NCBI GenBank assembly: GCA_030264375.1
Contig: JASCQW010000081.1
Coordinates: 92,630,052-92,693,750 of the forward strand
From: Carcharhinus longimanus
Lineage: Eukaryota
Length of the DNA: 63,699 nt
Direction: 5' to 3'
The translations under genes and the position numbers were made by a program. Below, in pieces: positions 13,017 through 26,769 of this stretch. Every line of letters begins with the position of its first letter. Positions within the stretch are counted from its first letter, which is position 1. The notes beneath the pieces were generated by a model. That model had not been told where the DNA came from. It saw nothing but the letters and a program-made list of their open reading frames with translations, and made no database searches.

Positions 13017-14049
13017 CTGAAGGGGAAAGAACAATCGATGAGACATGTGTGTGTTGAAGAAACTGCCTTGCTCTGTTTCTGCAATTACATTTTTTGATTG
13101 GAATAAATTTATTGACCATGTTTTAAACCCGATGTATGTGCAGAATTATGAGTTTTTTTATTCTTTTACTAATGTTGGCAATTTGATGAATGCTATGTGG
13201 TCAGACAGCGAATTATTGGACTTGACCTCGACGTATTTTTGTCATATACGAATCATTCATCTCAGGATATCAGTATGAAATATTTGATATAAATATGCAG
13301 GAATTCCCAATTCCCCAACTCTCTGCATCACTTTTCTCCCCCTTCATTGAAATGTGTCATTATTATTTAAAATTCATGCTGGGTTTCGCCTCTTATTTGA
13401 TGCTGAACCGAAGTGTTGCCGAAAAAAGAGATACGTTGGTGCACGTGCTAGTCTTGCACTTTTTAGGCCGGATAAAGATTTGTCAAATATCAAAGGAGAA
13501 TTCATGCCTCATGGAAAATGGCGCTGATTTTTCGGCAAATTGAAATTGCTACGTCGAAGCATTATCAAAAAATATACCACAAGGGAGTTTTTTTTTTCCC
13601 AATCTAATGTTTTGTTCAGCAACGGCTCAATAACAGAAGAAATAACGTCCCTGCATCTGATTATATTCAGCTTCTAGCGTTCGGAAATGAACCTCATTGC
13701 GAGTCCGGCTGCTCATCGTAAACTGAATGCTAGTGTACTTAGCACAGTCGTGATTGTTCACCAAGCGTTGCCAAAACGTGGATTCATAGCAAGCGTTGAC
13801 TTTACGGTGTGAGTTATGTAAGTACTGCCTTGGTGAGTACAATCAAGACTCGACCTATCGCGAATAATCAAATGGATTTGTTGTTTGAGCTCATCTACCA
13901 ATGTTTGGGATAACTAACCCAATGGTCTCGCATTCCCATAACATTGAAAACAATTTACCAATTGCCATGTTTTCATTTACCAATCAATCAGAAAGTGTAT
14001 TATGTTCTCAACAGCAAATCTGAAACTTTTTTCTTCTTTCTCACAATGG

Positions 14050-15130
14050 CTATTACTCCAAATGCCCGTCGTCGAGATATTAATCATGTTTTATCCTTAA
14101 ATGTCGTTGGTGATGCTTACACTTTGCCCAGATGTTGAGAATGTCTCCAGCCTACAACAATTGGTGTTGCAGGCGTTATTATTGAATTATTGTGGTGTAG
14201 TCTTCAGGATGACAGCAACATTTATCCCTCGGAGCCCTGATTGGATCTGGAGAATGTGCATTGGCGCTGTCGTTGTAATTTCTCCAGGGTCGTGTGTTTC
14301 GCAGATGCTTACTCTAAGTATTTCAGCAGTGCGGGGGCAGAGTCGACGACAACGGATTGGGACACTATGCGTTTATATGATTGCAAGCTATCTTTGAAGT
14401 CACACAGAGACTTGTAGAATGTGCTCCTCCAATGTTTAATCTATTCGTCAATTGTGTTTTCTGAGATGTATTTGCCTAGCTATAGAAAATGCTCAATATA
14501 TTCAAGAGTATCTCATTCAACATGTCTTAGAGTTGGAGACATTCGCTGAGCATGTGTAAGGTGAGATCCGAGTTTTGTTTTAGAACATACAGGGACGGAT
14601 CGAATCTGATATGTGCAAAATTTAAAACATCAAAATTGGCTTGCAAATGTAATTGCAGAGTGGTGAAAAGCACATTAGGCCTTTGCAGGTCATGTATGCA
14701 TAAAATGGTCGCTTTGCTTTTGCACGGAGGCAACTGAGGGCAGACAAGTCTGCATCCAGGCAGCATCTCATGCTGACACCAGGTGACAGTTGAGTTTCGA
14801 TGAGCTGATTGCGCTGTTAGGCCAGCTGCACATACCATGGGCGTTATTGCTCAGCGTTACCTGACACCGAATTTGTCATTCAACGATCTGTCCCAGATCA
14901 TTCAATCATCAAGTTTGTAGCCATTTGTTCGTGAAATAGTTGAAGGATTGTGGCGGCGTTCCTTGGTCATCCAAACATTCTGAACACATTCCCAAGCCTC
15001 GTCATTTTCTGAGCAAAATGTAATGATTCTACAAATGACTACAATGAAGGAGGGTTTTCCCTGGATGTCGATGACAACCAGGGCAATGTCAAATGTTACA
15101 GCCTCGCTCGCGGTCAACAGACATTGCCAT
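14050..15130 (-). mobile_element. Decayed LINE fragment, family of 48840-52004
   Basis: Reverse-strand RT remnants (AVTFDI, IDIQGK). Confidence 0.5.
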
Positions 15131-16029
15131 TGACCGGACCTCGCCTCCTTCAATTTCATACCGGGCGAGATGGTAGAATTTCAGAGATTGCGTCTCTGAA
15201 AGCAGTTGCTGAGTATGGTTCAGGAAGTGAACGACTGAACAGAACGGTTGTTGGGATTTCCCACAATATCGGCAATAGGCAAAAAAAAAATGTTTCTACA
15301 GCATGACGTATTTCACTTTTGAAGTATAATTACAATTTTCACACTTCTATGCCCAGATTTTGGGGTGAAGTTACCTTGATAATGTATGTGTTTGTGTGAC
15401 TGTGCGTGTGTGTGTGTGGGTGAGGCAGGGGGAGCGGGGGAGACGAGGTTGCGGGAGGTAGGGGGCGGGGAAGCGAGGCTGGACTGAGAATGGATGAGTG
15501 AAGAGAATCTTGATTTGAGCATGCGCCGAGCAAATTTCGAGACTTCAGCTGGACTACCGCCTCTGCCACACAACTATTGCTTTCATTCTCTTACTTGTTG
15601 CAATCTTTCAATCGATGGTGCGTCGAAATGGAAACGACTCTCTGTTTCACGGAGATAGCTAAGGAATCGTCACCAGCCGATGTAGATGCATGGTTGGGGA
15701 GTTGTGGAACGCGTTCTTGTGAGGGTTGATAGATGACATTATTACTACTTAGAGGGAAAACATCAATCTACGAAGCAAGGAGATTTGGTTCACACATTTT
15801 TGCTTTTTTTAATGGAACCAGTACTGCAGATGGTGATTCCCCAACGCAATGGTATGGACAAACAAGTCTCATGCAGTTGTCTTTTCTATCAGGTAACCCG
15901 TTCACCCCATTAAGTTTAATGACATCGTATCAAAAATCGATAAGGCATCATATGCATTATACATTATCTGTACATTATAACACAAGTTTCTGCCTCATTC
16001 AACTTTTAGATAGCACTGTTCTGTGGCTA

Positions 16030-16870
16030 ACATCATTTCGATTAAGCAATCAAGGAGCCAAAGAAACAGAAAGTGCACATGGCGAGGGAGATAATTGTGA
16101 AAACCAGGAGCAGTTCGCATCATCATTCCTGGCCAGGATCTCTGGTCTCGGAGACAATGTCTGTCAATCTGGATGTACGCCAGATAATGAAGGAAACAAC
16201 ACAAACATATACAATTGATCTCGTCCTCACTAATACGCTTGCTGCGGATGAACTGTTTGGAGCAACCACCAGATAGTGCTTATGGGCAGGGAAATGCCGC
16301 ACACTGCTAACAAAATAGATTCAGAAAAGATGTGGCAGCTCAGACAGTGCGTCCAATAGATGATGTGGTCCTTCATCATCAGCAGAATCGTATTCAAAGC
16401 AATCGGTCCTCTGAAGGGCATGCAATGATTTCATTTCACACTTCCCATCAGATCCACCCTTGTCCATCATCTGGATAGTGTAGCAGGAGGAGCAGGAAGG
16501 GTAGCTAAAAGTGAATTGCCAACCTGCTGAATCTTGAAAATTAGGATCGCATGCCTACTAAACAGTAAAAGTAGTATTGGAATGTCAAATTCAATTTGAC
16601 CCACAGCAAATAGACGCGATTAAAAATCTGCAGTCCTGGGAGATCCTATCGTGAAAGGTGGGGGATGCTCAACAAATAACGACAGATACAAGCTCCATAA
16701 ACAAACTGCATGTCAAAGACACGAGAGTCCAGTTGGTCAGTACAATAGTCAGGGCAGAAGTATTTTCGAAACAGCGACAGCGCATCAGTTACATTGAGGA
16801 GCACAAACAAAATTGAAGTCAACGTCATTCAGGACAAACTCGTTGCTGTCATGCCTTGCAGAATGCAGGA
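16030..16870 (+). mobile_element. Decayed LINE endonuclease-region fragment, family of 48840-52004
   Basis: IDLVLTN motif and similarity to 49600-50500. Confidence 0.5.
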
Positions 16871-17619
16871 TGATTTTTGATCTTGCACTCCCATCACCAG
16901 AGGAGAAGGTAATTTGAAAGTGATCTTCAGAATAATATCCTCAGCACAATCATTTTCAGCTTCTTCATCAAAAAAAGAACTCCAGATGAAAAGAAAAACA
17001 TGCCGTGAGGATGTTCATTCTGATTGCACATTATTCAATACAAATCGCCCCTGCTCGAAACTTCAAGCAGTCTCTGACAAATATAGAACAACCTCAAAAA
17101 AATTCAACTGCCTACTTTTGGTTGACAAGCAAAAGTGAAGCTTAGGAAATGCAAAGTATGATTCAAGCTGAACCGATGCAGTCAACGGCAGCAGAATTTC
17201 TGAACCCCACACCATCTCCACCCTCCGGATTGCATTTACAGAAAACGTAACTGAACCAGAAATATCAGTACAATTCCTCTAAGAACAGTTTACAGCATTG
17301 TAACTCTGCAGCCAACAACTGATGTTCTGATTATGGAAAATCTTGCCACTTGTATTCTCTGCCAAGTGCGCTAACTCTCCCAGGTGACTATGCTCATCGT
17401 ATCCCTTAAATTACTCACATGCACATCCCCTGACTCTCATTCTGTCTGGCTGAAATCTTATCGCTGTCCTCACTGATTAACCTTTTGATTTAACATCAGC
17501 CAATAAGATTAGTGTTGTTCCCTAGAAAAAGGTATATGATGACAGAATTTAAGGCTCTACTGAGCTTGCGCACGAACTGTTATTCCTTTGGAGTGGAATT
17601 CAGCCAGAGTGGGGGTGAG

Positions 17620-20600
17620 GCGACTAGAATCTAGAGCTCACTGGGAATTGAATTGAATTGCAGATGTGTTGCCCTGCTGCAGTATTAGCAATCACAGTGA
17701 ACACTTTTCATTCGTAGTAAGGCTTGGTTAGTGTTTAATGTTTTTATCACTTTCTGTACCTTATAGTTTGTAAGCAATCCGCTCAGCATGATCGAAAAGC
17801 ACGAGAGAAGAATACTAGAGATTTAAGTAAAAGCTGATATTAAATTTCTTCTAAAACTTTAAATGTTTAAGCCATGATAGGAGAGTCCATGCCTTCGCAA
17901 GCTCCATATGCTCCATGTGGAGATCTGGAATATTTCCAGTGCTGGCGGCCATCATGTCTGTTCGAAATGCCTCCAGCTACTCCTACTGGAAACCCGTGTT
18001 CCGGAGCTGCAGTGGCTTCTTCAGACACTATGAAATATTTGCGAGACAGTGTGTATCACGGACAGCATGTACAGAAAGGTGTTCACACCGCAGGCAAGCA
18101 GGGAGTGGATGGCCACCTCATTTCCCATCTGAGTTTCGTATCTGTGGTGGGTAAATTGTTGAAACGTATTTTGAGAGGCAGGATATGCAGACACTTAAAG
18201 ACGCAGGGACTGATTAGGGGCAATCAGTGTAACTTAGTGAGTGGAAAATCATGACTCTCAAATCTGATTGAGTTTTTTTGAAGGGGCAATCAAGAAGGTA
18301 GATGATGGCAGTGCTGTTGAAGTTGCCTGCATGGACTTTAGCTAAGCCTTTGACAACATGAAGCAAGGTAGATTATTGCATGAGTTAAATCGCATGGGAT
18401 CCAGAGTGAGGTAGCTAAATGGATACAAGACTGGCTGGATGACAGAAGACAGAGGGTGGGCGTAGAAGGTTATTTTTCAAACTGGAAGCCCGTGACCAGC
18501 GTGTGCTTCAGGGATCAGTTCTGGGTCCACTGTTATTTGTCTTTTATATCAATGATTTGGCTCAGAATACAGGAGACCTGGTTAGTAAGTTTGCAGATGA
18601 CACCAAGATTGGTAGCATAATAGACAATGAAGAAAATTATCTCGAATTACAACGAGATGTTGTTCAATTGGGCCAGTGGGCTGACGAATGGCGGATGGAG
18701 TTTAATTTAGATAAATGTCAGGTGAAGCATTTTAGTAGTTTTAACTTACTCAGTTAATGGTAGGGCGTTGGGGAAAGTTACAGAACAAAGAGATCTAGGC
18801 ATGCATGATCATAGCTCCTTGAATGTGGAGTTGCAGGTGGACAGAGTGGTGAAGAAGGCATTCAGCATACTTGGTTTCATTAGTCATAACATTGAATACA
18901 TGAATTGCGATGTCTTGGTGAAATTGCACAAGACAGTGGTAAGGCCACACTTGGAACACTATTTATAATTCTGGTCATTCTATTATAGAAGTGATATTGT
19001 TAAACTAGAAAGAGTGCAGAGAAGATTACCTAGGATGCCATCAGGACTTGATGGTTTGAGTTATAAGGAAGGTTGGATAGACTGGGCGTTTTTTTTTCTC
19101 TAGAGTGTAGAAGGCTGCGGGGTTATCCTATAGAGATCTATAAAATTATGAGGGACACAGATCACCTAGATAGTCAATATCTTTTCCCAAAGGTAGGGGA
19201 GTTTAAAACTTGAGAGCAAAGTTTTAAGGTGAGAGGGTCGAGATACAAATGCGTCCAGAGCGGCATTTTTTTTTCACACAGAGGGTGCTGAGTGTTTGGA
19301 ATAAGCTGCCAGTGGAGGCAGGAGCAATTTTGTCTTTTAAAAAGCATTTAGACAGTTAAATGGGTAAGTTGGCTACAAAGGGATATGTGCCAAATGCAAG
19401 CAATTGCGATTAGCTTAGGGGTTTTAGAAAAAAAGGCGGCATTGACAAGTTGGTCCGAAGGGCCTTGTTCCATGCTGTAAACCTCTATGACTCTATGACC
19501 ACACACAACATGATAGCGAGATAGGCAATGTAGAAATGCCTTACGTCTATATCCCTGCAAAACAGATATTCCGTTCTGGATTCTGTTGAGGGTAAGTGCC
19601 ACACAGAGGAAATCAGCAATGGGCATATTCGTTGCGCCACAGTTGGTACTGCTGCAGGGCGAGACATTTGTTACGTTAAATCCAATTGCAAGGGAGATAG
19701 GCATTTCTGTGGCTGGAAAAGTGACTGCAGAATGGTATGTTTCCGTCCTGGTGCGAGAGTGAAGGCTGCCTCAGAGTGGCTGTTGGAAAATCTGAAGACT
19801 GATTGCCGTCATGACGCGCATGGGGGGAAAATAACTAAAACAGGGAGGAGGCCCTAAAAGCAGAGTATAGGGAACAGGATGAAAGGTGGAATGATAATTA
19901 TCTTGGAATTGCTACCTGTGTCACGTGCTGGCCGGCGAAGAGAAAGCAAGAAAGATATGGTCAATACATGGCTGAAAACATGGTGTAAGCCTTCAGATTC
20001 CTGGCACATGGCGACTGGTTGTTGCGGACGTGGGACCTTCTGAAGACGTATATTTGAAGACTTACCGGGGTTGATGTCCTGTTGCTTGGGGGCGGGGTTT
20101 TGGGGGGATTGGGGTTGGGGGGGGGGAGGGGGGCGGGGTGTAGGTGGTTACTTGCTGAAATAGTTGAAGAGTATTTAAACTATTATGGCAGGGGAATGAG
20201 TAGCTATGCACGATTTCAGAGCAGAAAGAGGCAAGAACAAGAGGAAAGCAGATGGCAACACAATAAGAAAACAAGAGAGAAATCCACGATCAGATTTAGA
20301 TATAGACAGAAAAAAAATACTAAGAGAGGGAAAGGGGATGGTAAAAAGACTTATAATAAGGTAATGTAACTCAACGTTCAGAACACTGTGAAGAAAATGG
20401 ATGAATTGATAGCTCAGATGTAAAATATATGGCTCCATAGTTTGAGTGTATGCGCATATGCATGACAGATGCCGTGTAAATGGGTAAATATGAAGTTATT
20501 CACTTCAGCCGCAAAGATCGGAAGGCAGATTATTTTTTGAAAGAGTGCATATTGACAGTTACATACTCCGCAAAACCTTGTTTACCCCACACATCAGCCA

Positions 20601-21285
20601 CTGAAAGTACATGCACGGGTATAATAGGCAGCAACGAAGTGAAATATTACATTGGCCAATGTAGCAAAATGATTTCTGTATAGGACTAGGGATGGCTTAA
20701 TGCAATTATATAGGACGTTGGTGAGACCACACCTGGAGCATTTTGTGCAATTTTGGTGTTTTTATCAGAGGAAGGATGTATTTGCAATACAGGGCATGAA
20801 GAGGAGGTCTGGCAGGCTGATTCCTAGGCCGCCAGGTCTGTCATATGAAGAAAGACAAAGCCGGTGAGGATTGCATTTATTGGAATTAGTGAGCAGCGAT
20901 CTCATAAATACTTATAAATTCTAACAGGGTTAAATAGAATGCAATCAGAAACAATGTTCTTCATGGTAGGGGAGTACAGAACTTTTGCTCATAGCCTGAG
21001 ACGAAGCGATAAACGTTTTAGGATTGGGGTGATGAGAAATTTCTTCACACAGAGAGTGCTGAATCTGTGGAATTCATAACTATTGTAAGTAGTTCAGACG
21101 AAAATATTGTGCCATTTCAAGAATGAATTCGCTCTTGTTCTTGGGGCTAAATGGACCAAATGACTTGGGGGAAATTCGGGATCAGTATATTGAATTGAAT
21201 GATCAGCCATAATCAAACCAGATGGCGGAGCAGCCTCGAAAGGAAAAGCATTTCACTTCTGTTTTTATTTTCTACGTTTCTATGT
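17620..21285 (+). mobile_element. Internally deleted CR1-like LINE (ORF1, RT C-terminus, 3' tail) interrupted by a younger copy
   Basis: ORF1 motifs (IPLQNRYSVL-like, PGARV), RT tail (KYEVIHF, TLVRPHLE) and 3' microsatellite-like tail. Confidence 0.75.
18117..19498 (+). mobile_element. 5'-truncated CR1/HER1-like LINE
   Basis: QGSVLGPLLF.FYINDL, SKFADDTKIG and VRPHLE motifs; tail ctctatgactctatga. Confidence 0.92.
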
Positions 21286-22019
21286 CAATCTGGCCACTAA
21301 TACTCTGGTTAAATGAAAACTGTGCTGCCCAGCTTCCTCGGACTGTAGTGTGATTATTTGCTGAGATACCTTAAATTGTTCTCTTGCCAGTTCAGATGCG
21401 TCTGAGAGCGTTCTGGAAGTCTTGAGACATAATTGAGAAAGACATTTTCACCTCCAGAGTCACACAACTTATCTGAATGAGTGGCACTTGCTGCACTTTA
21501 TTCGGTGGGCGTGAGGTGATGCTGGGCGTGGTAGTTGTCCATGGACCAATGAGAAAGGCATGCCATCAATCGACTAATGTGCGCTTCCCCCAGTCATAAA
21601 TCACAAGAATAATAACCACTTTGCCTGATCCATGTGCTGTCAGCTAATTACGCCCTGATCGTTTCATTTATTTTACAGTGACACATATAGTCGTTTCCTA
21701 GAAAAAAAACAAGCAAACTATGTTTAGGAAAACTGAGCATGTTTTCAATGGAAACCGGTACAGTGAGTAACTTCTTCACTGAAGCAGGGTGATAGAAGAG
21801 AACGTCAATACTTTCCAGCAAAATCTGAACTTTATACCCTCCCATTTAGTCTCCTGCCAACTACAGTGCCTGTGTCGTTCCAGGTAACAAACGGTGTTCT
21901 TGTCTGAGCACTTCAGCCTCAATTCGAACATTTTCTTAACGTCCATCAATTTCATTTTCCCGTAAATTAACTGCGTGTCAGTTTTTTTTTGTTGTTCTTT
22001 CGGGTAGGACCATTTATAT

Positions 22020-22265
22020 TTTTTTCTTCCCTCAAAGAGTTGTGAATCTCTGGAATTCCCGGCCCATTTAGACAGTTGAATCTTCCTCGTTGAATGTTTT
22101 CAAGGCAATTAAAGAACACTTTTTGAACACTAAGTTCATTAAGGGTTAAGATGAGCGGGCGGGCAAGTGGAGCCGAGTCCGTGAAAAGATCGGCCATGAT
22201 GTTATTAAACGGCAGTGCAGATTCGAGACCCTATTCCTGCAAGTAGTTTAATAGTTTTTATGTTT
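22020..22265 (+). mobile_element. CR1-like 3' end
   Basis: gagttgtgaatctctggaattc ... gatcggccatgat ... cctattcctg. Confidence 0.7.
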
Positions 22266-22541
22266 CATCTGTCAAACACAATCCAGCAAACCCTAGGTCT
22301 GACCGTACGCCATTTTAAATTTTCTGAATTTATGTTCACATCTTCTGGTATAAAGCACAGACATCGAAAGTACCAGGTTTGCGATGTCATAGTGACTTCA
22401 GTGCGCTTCTGAAAGAGGTGTCCACACCACATCAGCTTTTTCCAATTTATACAGTCAGCGGCAGAGTCCAAGGTAACTGAGATTAAATTGGATTCAATTC
22501 TTTTCTCTCAAAGTACACAAAGTGCATTTCTAATAACCTAC

Positions 22542-22571
22542 CAAAATTAAGGACCAGGCGGATATTATTCG
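22542..22571 (-). CDS. Candidate 30-nt phase-1 exon, (A)NNIRLVLNF
   Basis: ttttttgatattatttag|CGAATAATATCCGCCTGGTCCTTAATTTTG|gtaggt; the peptide is less coiled-coil-like. Confidence 0.4.
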
Positions 22572-24448
22572 CTAAATAATATCAAAAAAAACGATTTTGT
22601 TCTCTCGTTAACATTGGGTTTCACCACGAGATGCTGTCCAGATAATCTGTGATTTTATTCTTCCAAGGCCATTTCATTCATCCCTTTCCTCATGCTAACC
22701 TTTCTATTTCTCATATGAATTCACGATTTTTTTTCAATTTCCTTTCTAATTTAAGAAAGAAACAATAATTCGAATCTTTTCTTCAACGACTGTTCCACTG
22801 GCATTGTCCTAGCTAAAATGTTGTCCTTCTCCAGAATATCCTTAGCTCTATTGATGATAATCTTGGCAGTGGGGAGCTACCAGCATGACATTTTAATCAA
22901 CTTCCAGTGACAATTCTGTGCTTTTCTAGATGAATCTGTACAAACATTTAAGTTAATTAAAATATTCAGCTGCAACAATCCTATGGCTTCTCGTTTAATA
23001 ATTAATGTTTTAAGTCAGTATGTGTGTGATGTTTGCAGTTTTCCGGTCACCTCATAATAATAGGCAAATAATACAAACTGAGAATCAAATGATTATTTTC
23101 TTCAGCCTTCGTCCACGACAGCACTGTATGAATTGAGACAGTGCGGCTGGTTGTATTTTATCTGTTTTCAAGTTGTTGCACTTATCATTAAAATCTTTAT
23201 GATCAGTTTCTTTGCCAATTATCTGATACCAGCCTCGAAACAAAACAGATAAGCAACCTTGGAAATGTTTCAATACGGCGAGATTGGATCAGGAAGCAAA
23301 TAAGTGCATAATCAAAGAAGGCCAGACTGTACTTGCAACGTTGTAACCATTTCATAGAAAGGGCGGCAATGATGGATGCTCAATTATCGACAGAACATGA
23401 GAGTCATGTCTGTTGCAAATATTTAATTCCAAAATGTTCTGATCCAGGTCTGCTCTCACTCTATTGACATTGAATTATTAAGCTCTGAAATTCAAAGTCG
23501 TGCATTTTCCATGCCGCTAAACTGCATTTTATTGCACTTCGATAACTGTTCCCTACTATGTGGCAACGGACTGGCTTTAATCCATGAGAACATGATCAAA
23601 AAATTACACATTGGATCGCTCCAGTAATGAACAAGGAAATCCTTTGGAATACATTTAGAATCTTCTTAAAATTCTCAGTTCATTATAGCAGTATAGTATA
23701 TTATTTTCAATAGGCCTTGCATGACTTGATCACACGGTCTTAAATACTGAGCAACTAATTAATATTTTAAGAAGTTCCCACTCTCGCCAGCATTTTCCTT
23801 TCCTTACTATCAGTTGAAGAATTCTCCGATGTGTTCTCAATGCAATAGTAATTCATTATACTACATGAAATACCAATTATATTGGTTATCGAATAGTCTT
23901 GTCAAATAATTCCAAAGGTGGTATATTTAGATTTGTAATGTGCTGACAAAGTTTGCATAAACACATGTTTACAATACTGTTTGACTGTCCTTATTATAGA
24001 TGGATGGACAAAAAAAAACAAAGAAGAGGGTCGGATGAGATTGTCTGAGTTTTTAGTCTCGCCCTTTTCAAACGGAGGTGATGCATTCTGGTTCAGGTTA
24101 ATAAATAAGTGGGAAGATTTGTTAGCTTCCAACTTGTATCATCGAGTCGATCCTGTTGAAGTGTGCTTATATCCTATCCCTTGGACACAATGTTCTGGGT
24201 TTTCATTGTATGCGAGACAAGCAGAAACCTATTCAATGTTGTGTAAAATATTGAGTAGAAAGGCATTCCTCTGAATGGGCATCTGTTAAATAAGCAACTG
24301 CTTTACCTACTGCTTTCAGAAGTGCTGCTCCTTTTCCTATTAAATTGAATATATTTTGCTATATGTTTACATGTGCTGTAAAAGAAATTTAATTTTGATT
24401 AGTTAGAGTCCTGTGGATTGTAGTTTTCTGATTTATGAGAGGCAATCT

Positions 24449-24737
24449 GAACATAAGAACATAAGAAATAGGAGCAGGAGTAGGCCATCTAGCCCTTCGA
24501 ACCTGCCCCGCCATTCAACAAGNNNNNNNNNNNNNNNNNNNNNNNNNNNNNNNNNNNNNNNNNNNNNNNNNNNNNNNNNNNNNNNNNNNNNNNNNNNNNN
24601 NNNNNNNNNNNNNNNNNNNNNNACGGGCAGAGAATTCCAGAGATTCACCACCCTTTGAGTGAAGAAGTTCCTCCACAACTCCGTTCTAAACTGCCCCCCG
24701 CCCCCCCCTTATCTTGAGGCTGTGCTCTCTAGTCCTG
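24449..24737 (-). mobile_element. Young CR1-like 3' end (with gap)
   Basis: aacataagaacataagaaataggagcagg tail; RNFFTQRVVNLWNSLP. Confidence 0.9.
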
Positions 24738-26220
24738 AACAGTATTACAAACGTTTAAGGTGGAGTTAATTTTTTCCGGGCTCAGAGTGCATTTTGTTTT
24801 TATTGTACTGGAGGTGACCTGTGAATATGTTCATCAGTTAAAAGACAATTGGAATGATACTCATGCGTACAATATTGTTCTTCTCCAAATAGCTCCAAGG
24901 ATAATTATGTTGGCATATATGTTCACGAGACATGATTTTCAGCAGAATGTTCCTCAGACCATTTTTATGGCAGTCAAGTTAAGAATTGAAATCGAGTTAT
25001 CTGGGTTTTTTTGGATGCTTCGTGTGCCTGAAGCTATGGGCGCTGGCTGCGCAGTCAAAGGTAACACATCTTTTCTTTTTGATAGTGTTTACATAGAGTG
25101 GCAAAGAATCAATATTTCAGTCTCAAAATCGAGGGTCGAAAATGTTCCCTTACATTTTTGATAAATGTGGCAATAATAACGTTGTATAGATATCAGTTAT
25201 TCTCCTGCAATTTCTTTATTGCCTTTGTCCAATATTTATAAAGTGATACCAAGGTATTCAATATGCATGCTTGGTTTTTTTTTTTCTGCCCACATATTCA
25301 TACTCTAATTGTTCAGACACTTCTTCCCTCATCTGTCGAAATTTACTTTCACTTGTCTGAATATGAATGTGAGCAATCTACGTAGTTTCAAAAGGTTTGG
25401 GATATGAATTTTATAGCTTGAGCATGCCACTCATGAAATAATGCCTACTTTCCTGGTTATTGTTTAACGTTTCTTCCCAGGATCTTACGTTGGTTCTGAA
25501 GTCCAAGGGCCTTGCTCCACTTATTTGCAAACACACACTCTGGCCATGACTGAATTCTTCCTCGAAGCCAATTCCATCTAAGTTCATTTTTTTGGACCTT
25601 GCGAGGATAACATTTCTTTATAAATGAAGGCTGTGTATTGAACGAGGTGCCTTAACGAGATTTAACACTTCATGAAAAATAATCGATGAAAAAGTAGTTT
25701 CGAATAATGAAGAATTCGCAATGCAGTGTATAGTGTTAGTACAGAAAAGCGAGGACACTCTTTATTTCTGCACTTAAGCAAATCCCTCCTTCAAATACTT
25801 TTGAAATAATGTCCACACATCTGAGAGCCTCACGTTCGAATTCAAATTTTTGTCATAGAAAGGGCACAATTTCTTTGCAGTACTTTCGAGAACCTGAAAG
25901 GTAGGCAGTGTTGAATTGCTTTCTTTGGAATATCTAATTTAATTGAGATTTGTGTGAAAATTATATAAAAAAATGAAAGGCTAGATGTAGAGTTAAACTA
26001 CTAGTGCTACCAGACTCGAAGACAAAGGTTCCTGCCTCAAATTTCCCTCAATTACAACTTTGGACAGGCTTGGAAGTTAAGGCTCCAGTTTCCCCTTTAC
26101 TCCTGCTTCTACAGAAACGGGATTCACGCGAAATTTGCTGACATATGTGGCTGCACATTACGTTTTAATATTAATTTCTCTGAAAATACGAATTGGTGAA
26201 CTTTTATTTTAGCTTCTTAC

Positions 26221-26256
26221 CGTTATCTTTTCGCAAACTCTCGCATTTTTCGAACG
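26221..26256 (-). CDS. 36-nt micro-exon, (A)FEKCESLRKDN
   Basis: ttttttaaacttctcag|CGTTCGAAAAATGCGAGAGTTTGCGAAAAGATAACG|gtaaga; an in-frame upstream acceptor at 26421 would give a 201-nt version. Confidence 0.8.
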
Positions 26257-26769
26257 CTGAGAAGTTTAAAAAACCGGTCTTAGTCGTGCCATTTCCAAAA
26301 TCCTGAACAGCCTTTCCATTGAGGAACAGCCTTTCCACATTCAGGTAAGTGTCTTCTAGGTGGAGAGCAGAAATGAATTCTGCGGCCACGTTTTCGTTCC
26401 TGAATTCACCTTCAATTATCTCTAAATTGTACAACAATTCCACGATAGCCTTTCCTTACTGCCATTTTTAATAAAACGGTAAAATCTAATTTTGTGCCTT
26501 ACAATGTCATATTGCTTCAATGCATTGTACCTGATTACTGAGTTCTTTGCCTAAAAGTTTGCATTGCTGAGGCAGCAAGCAACAGGGCTAAGTTGTTAAT
26601 AATCAAAATGTAATTCTCCGAATCCCAGATTTTTACCTTCAACTGTTTCGTTCACCTTTGCCTCTGTCGAATAATCATACACGTAAGGTAAGTGAATAAC
26701 ATTACTCTGTGTGTGTGTGTCTGTGTGTTATTCGGGGGATGTTGTGGGGGGAGGGGTGGTGGGAGTCAA

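Noticed and set aside
15733-16218. 161-aa plus ORF (also 45889-46368 and 24760-25161)
   Set aside because: No recognisable domain or consistent splice support; the first two partly overlap decayed LINE sequence.
26213-26283. Plus-strand RIFRTLRSLK, resembling a voltage-sensor S4 segment
   Set aside because: A stop follows four codons later, no other channel exons were found, and the bases are explained by the minus-strand micro-exon and its acceptor.
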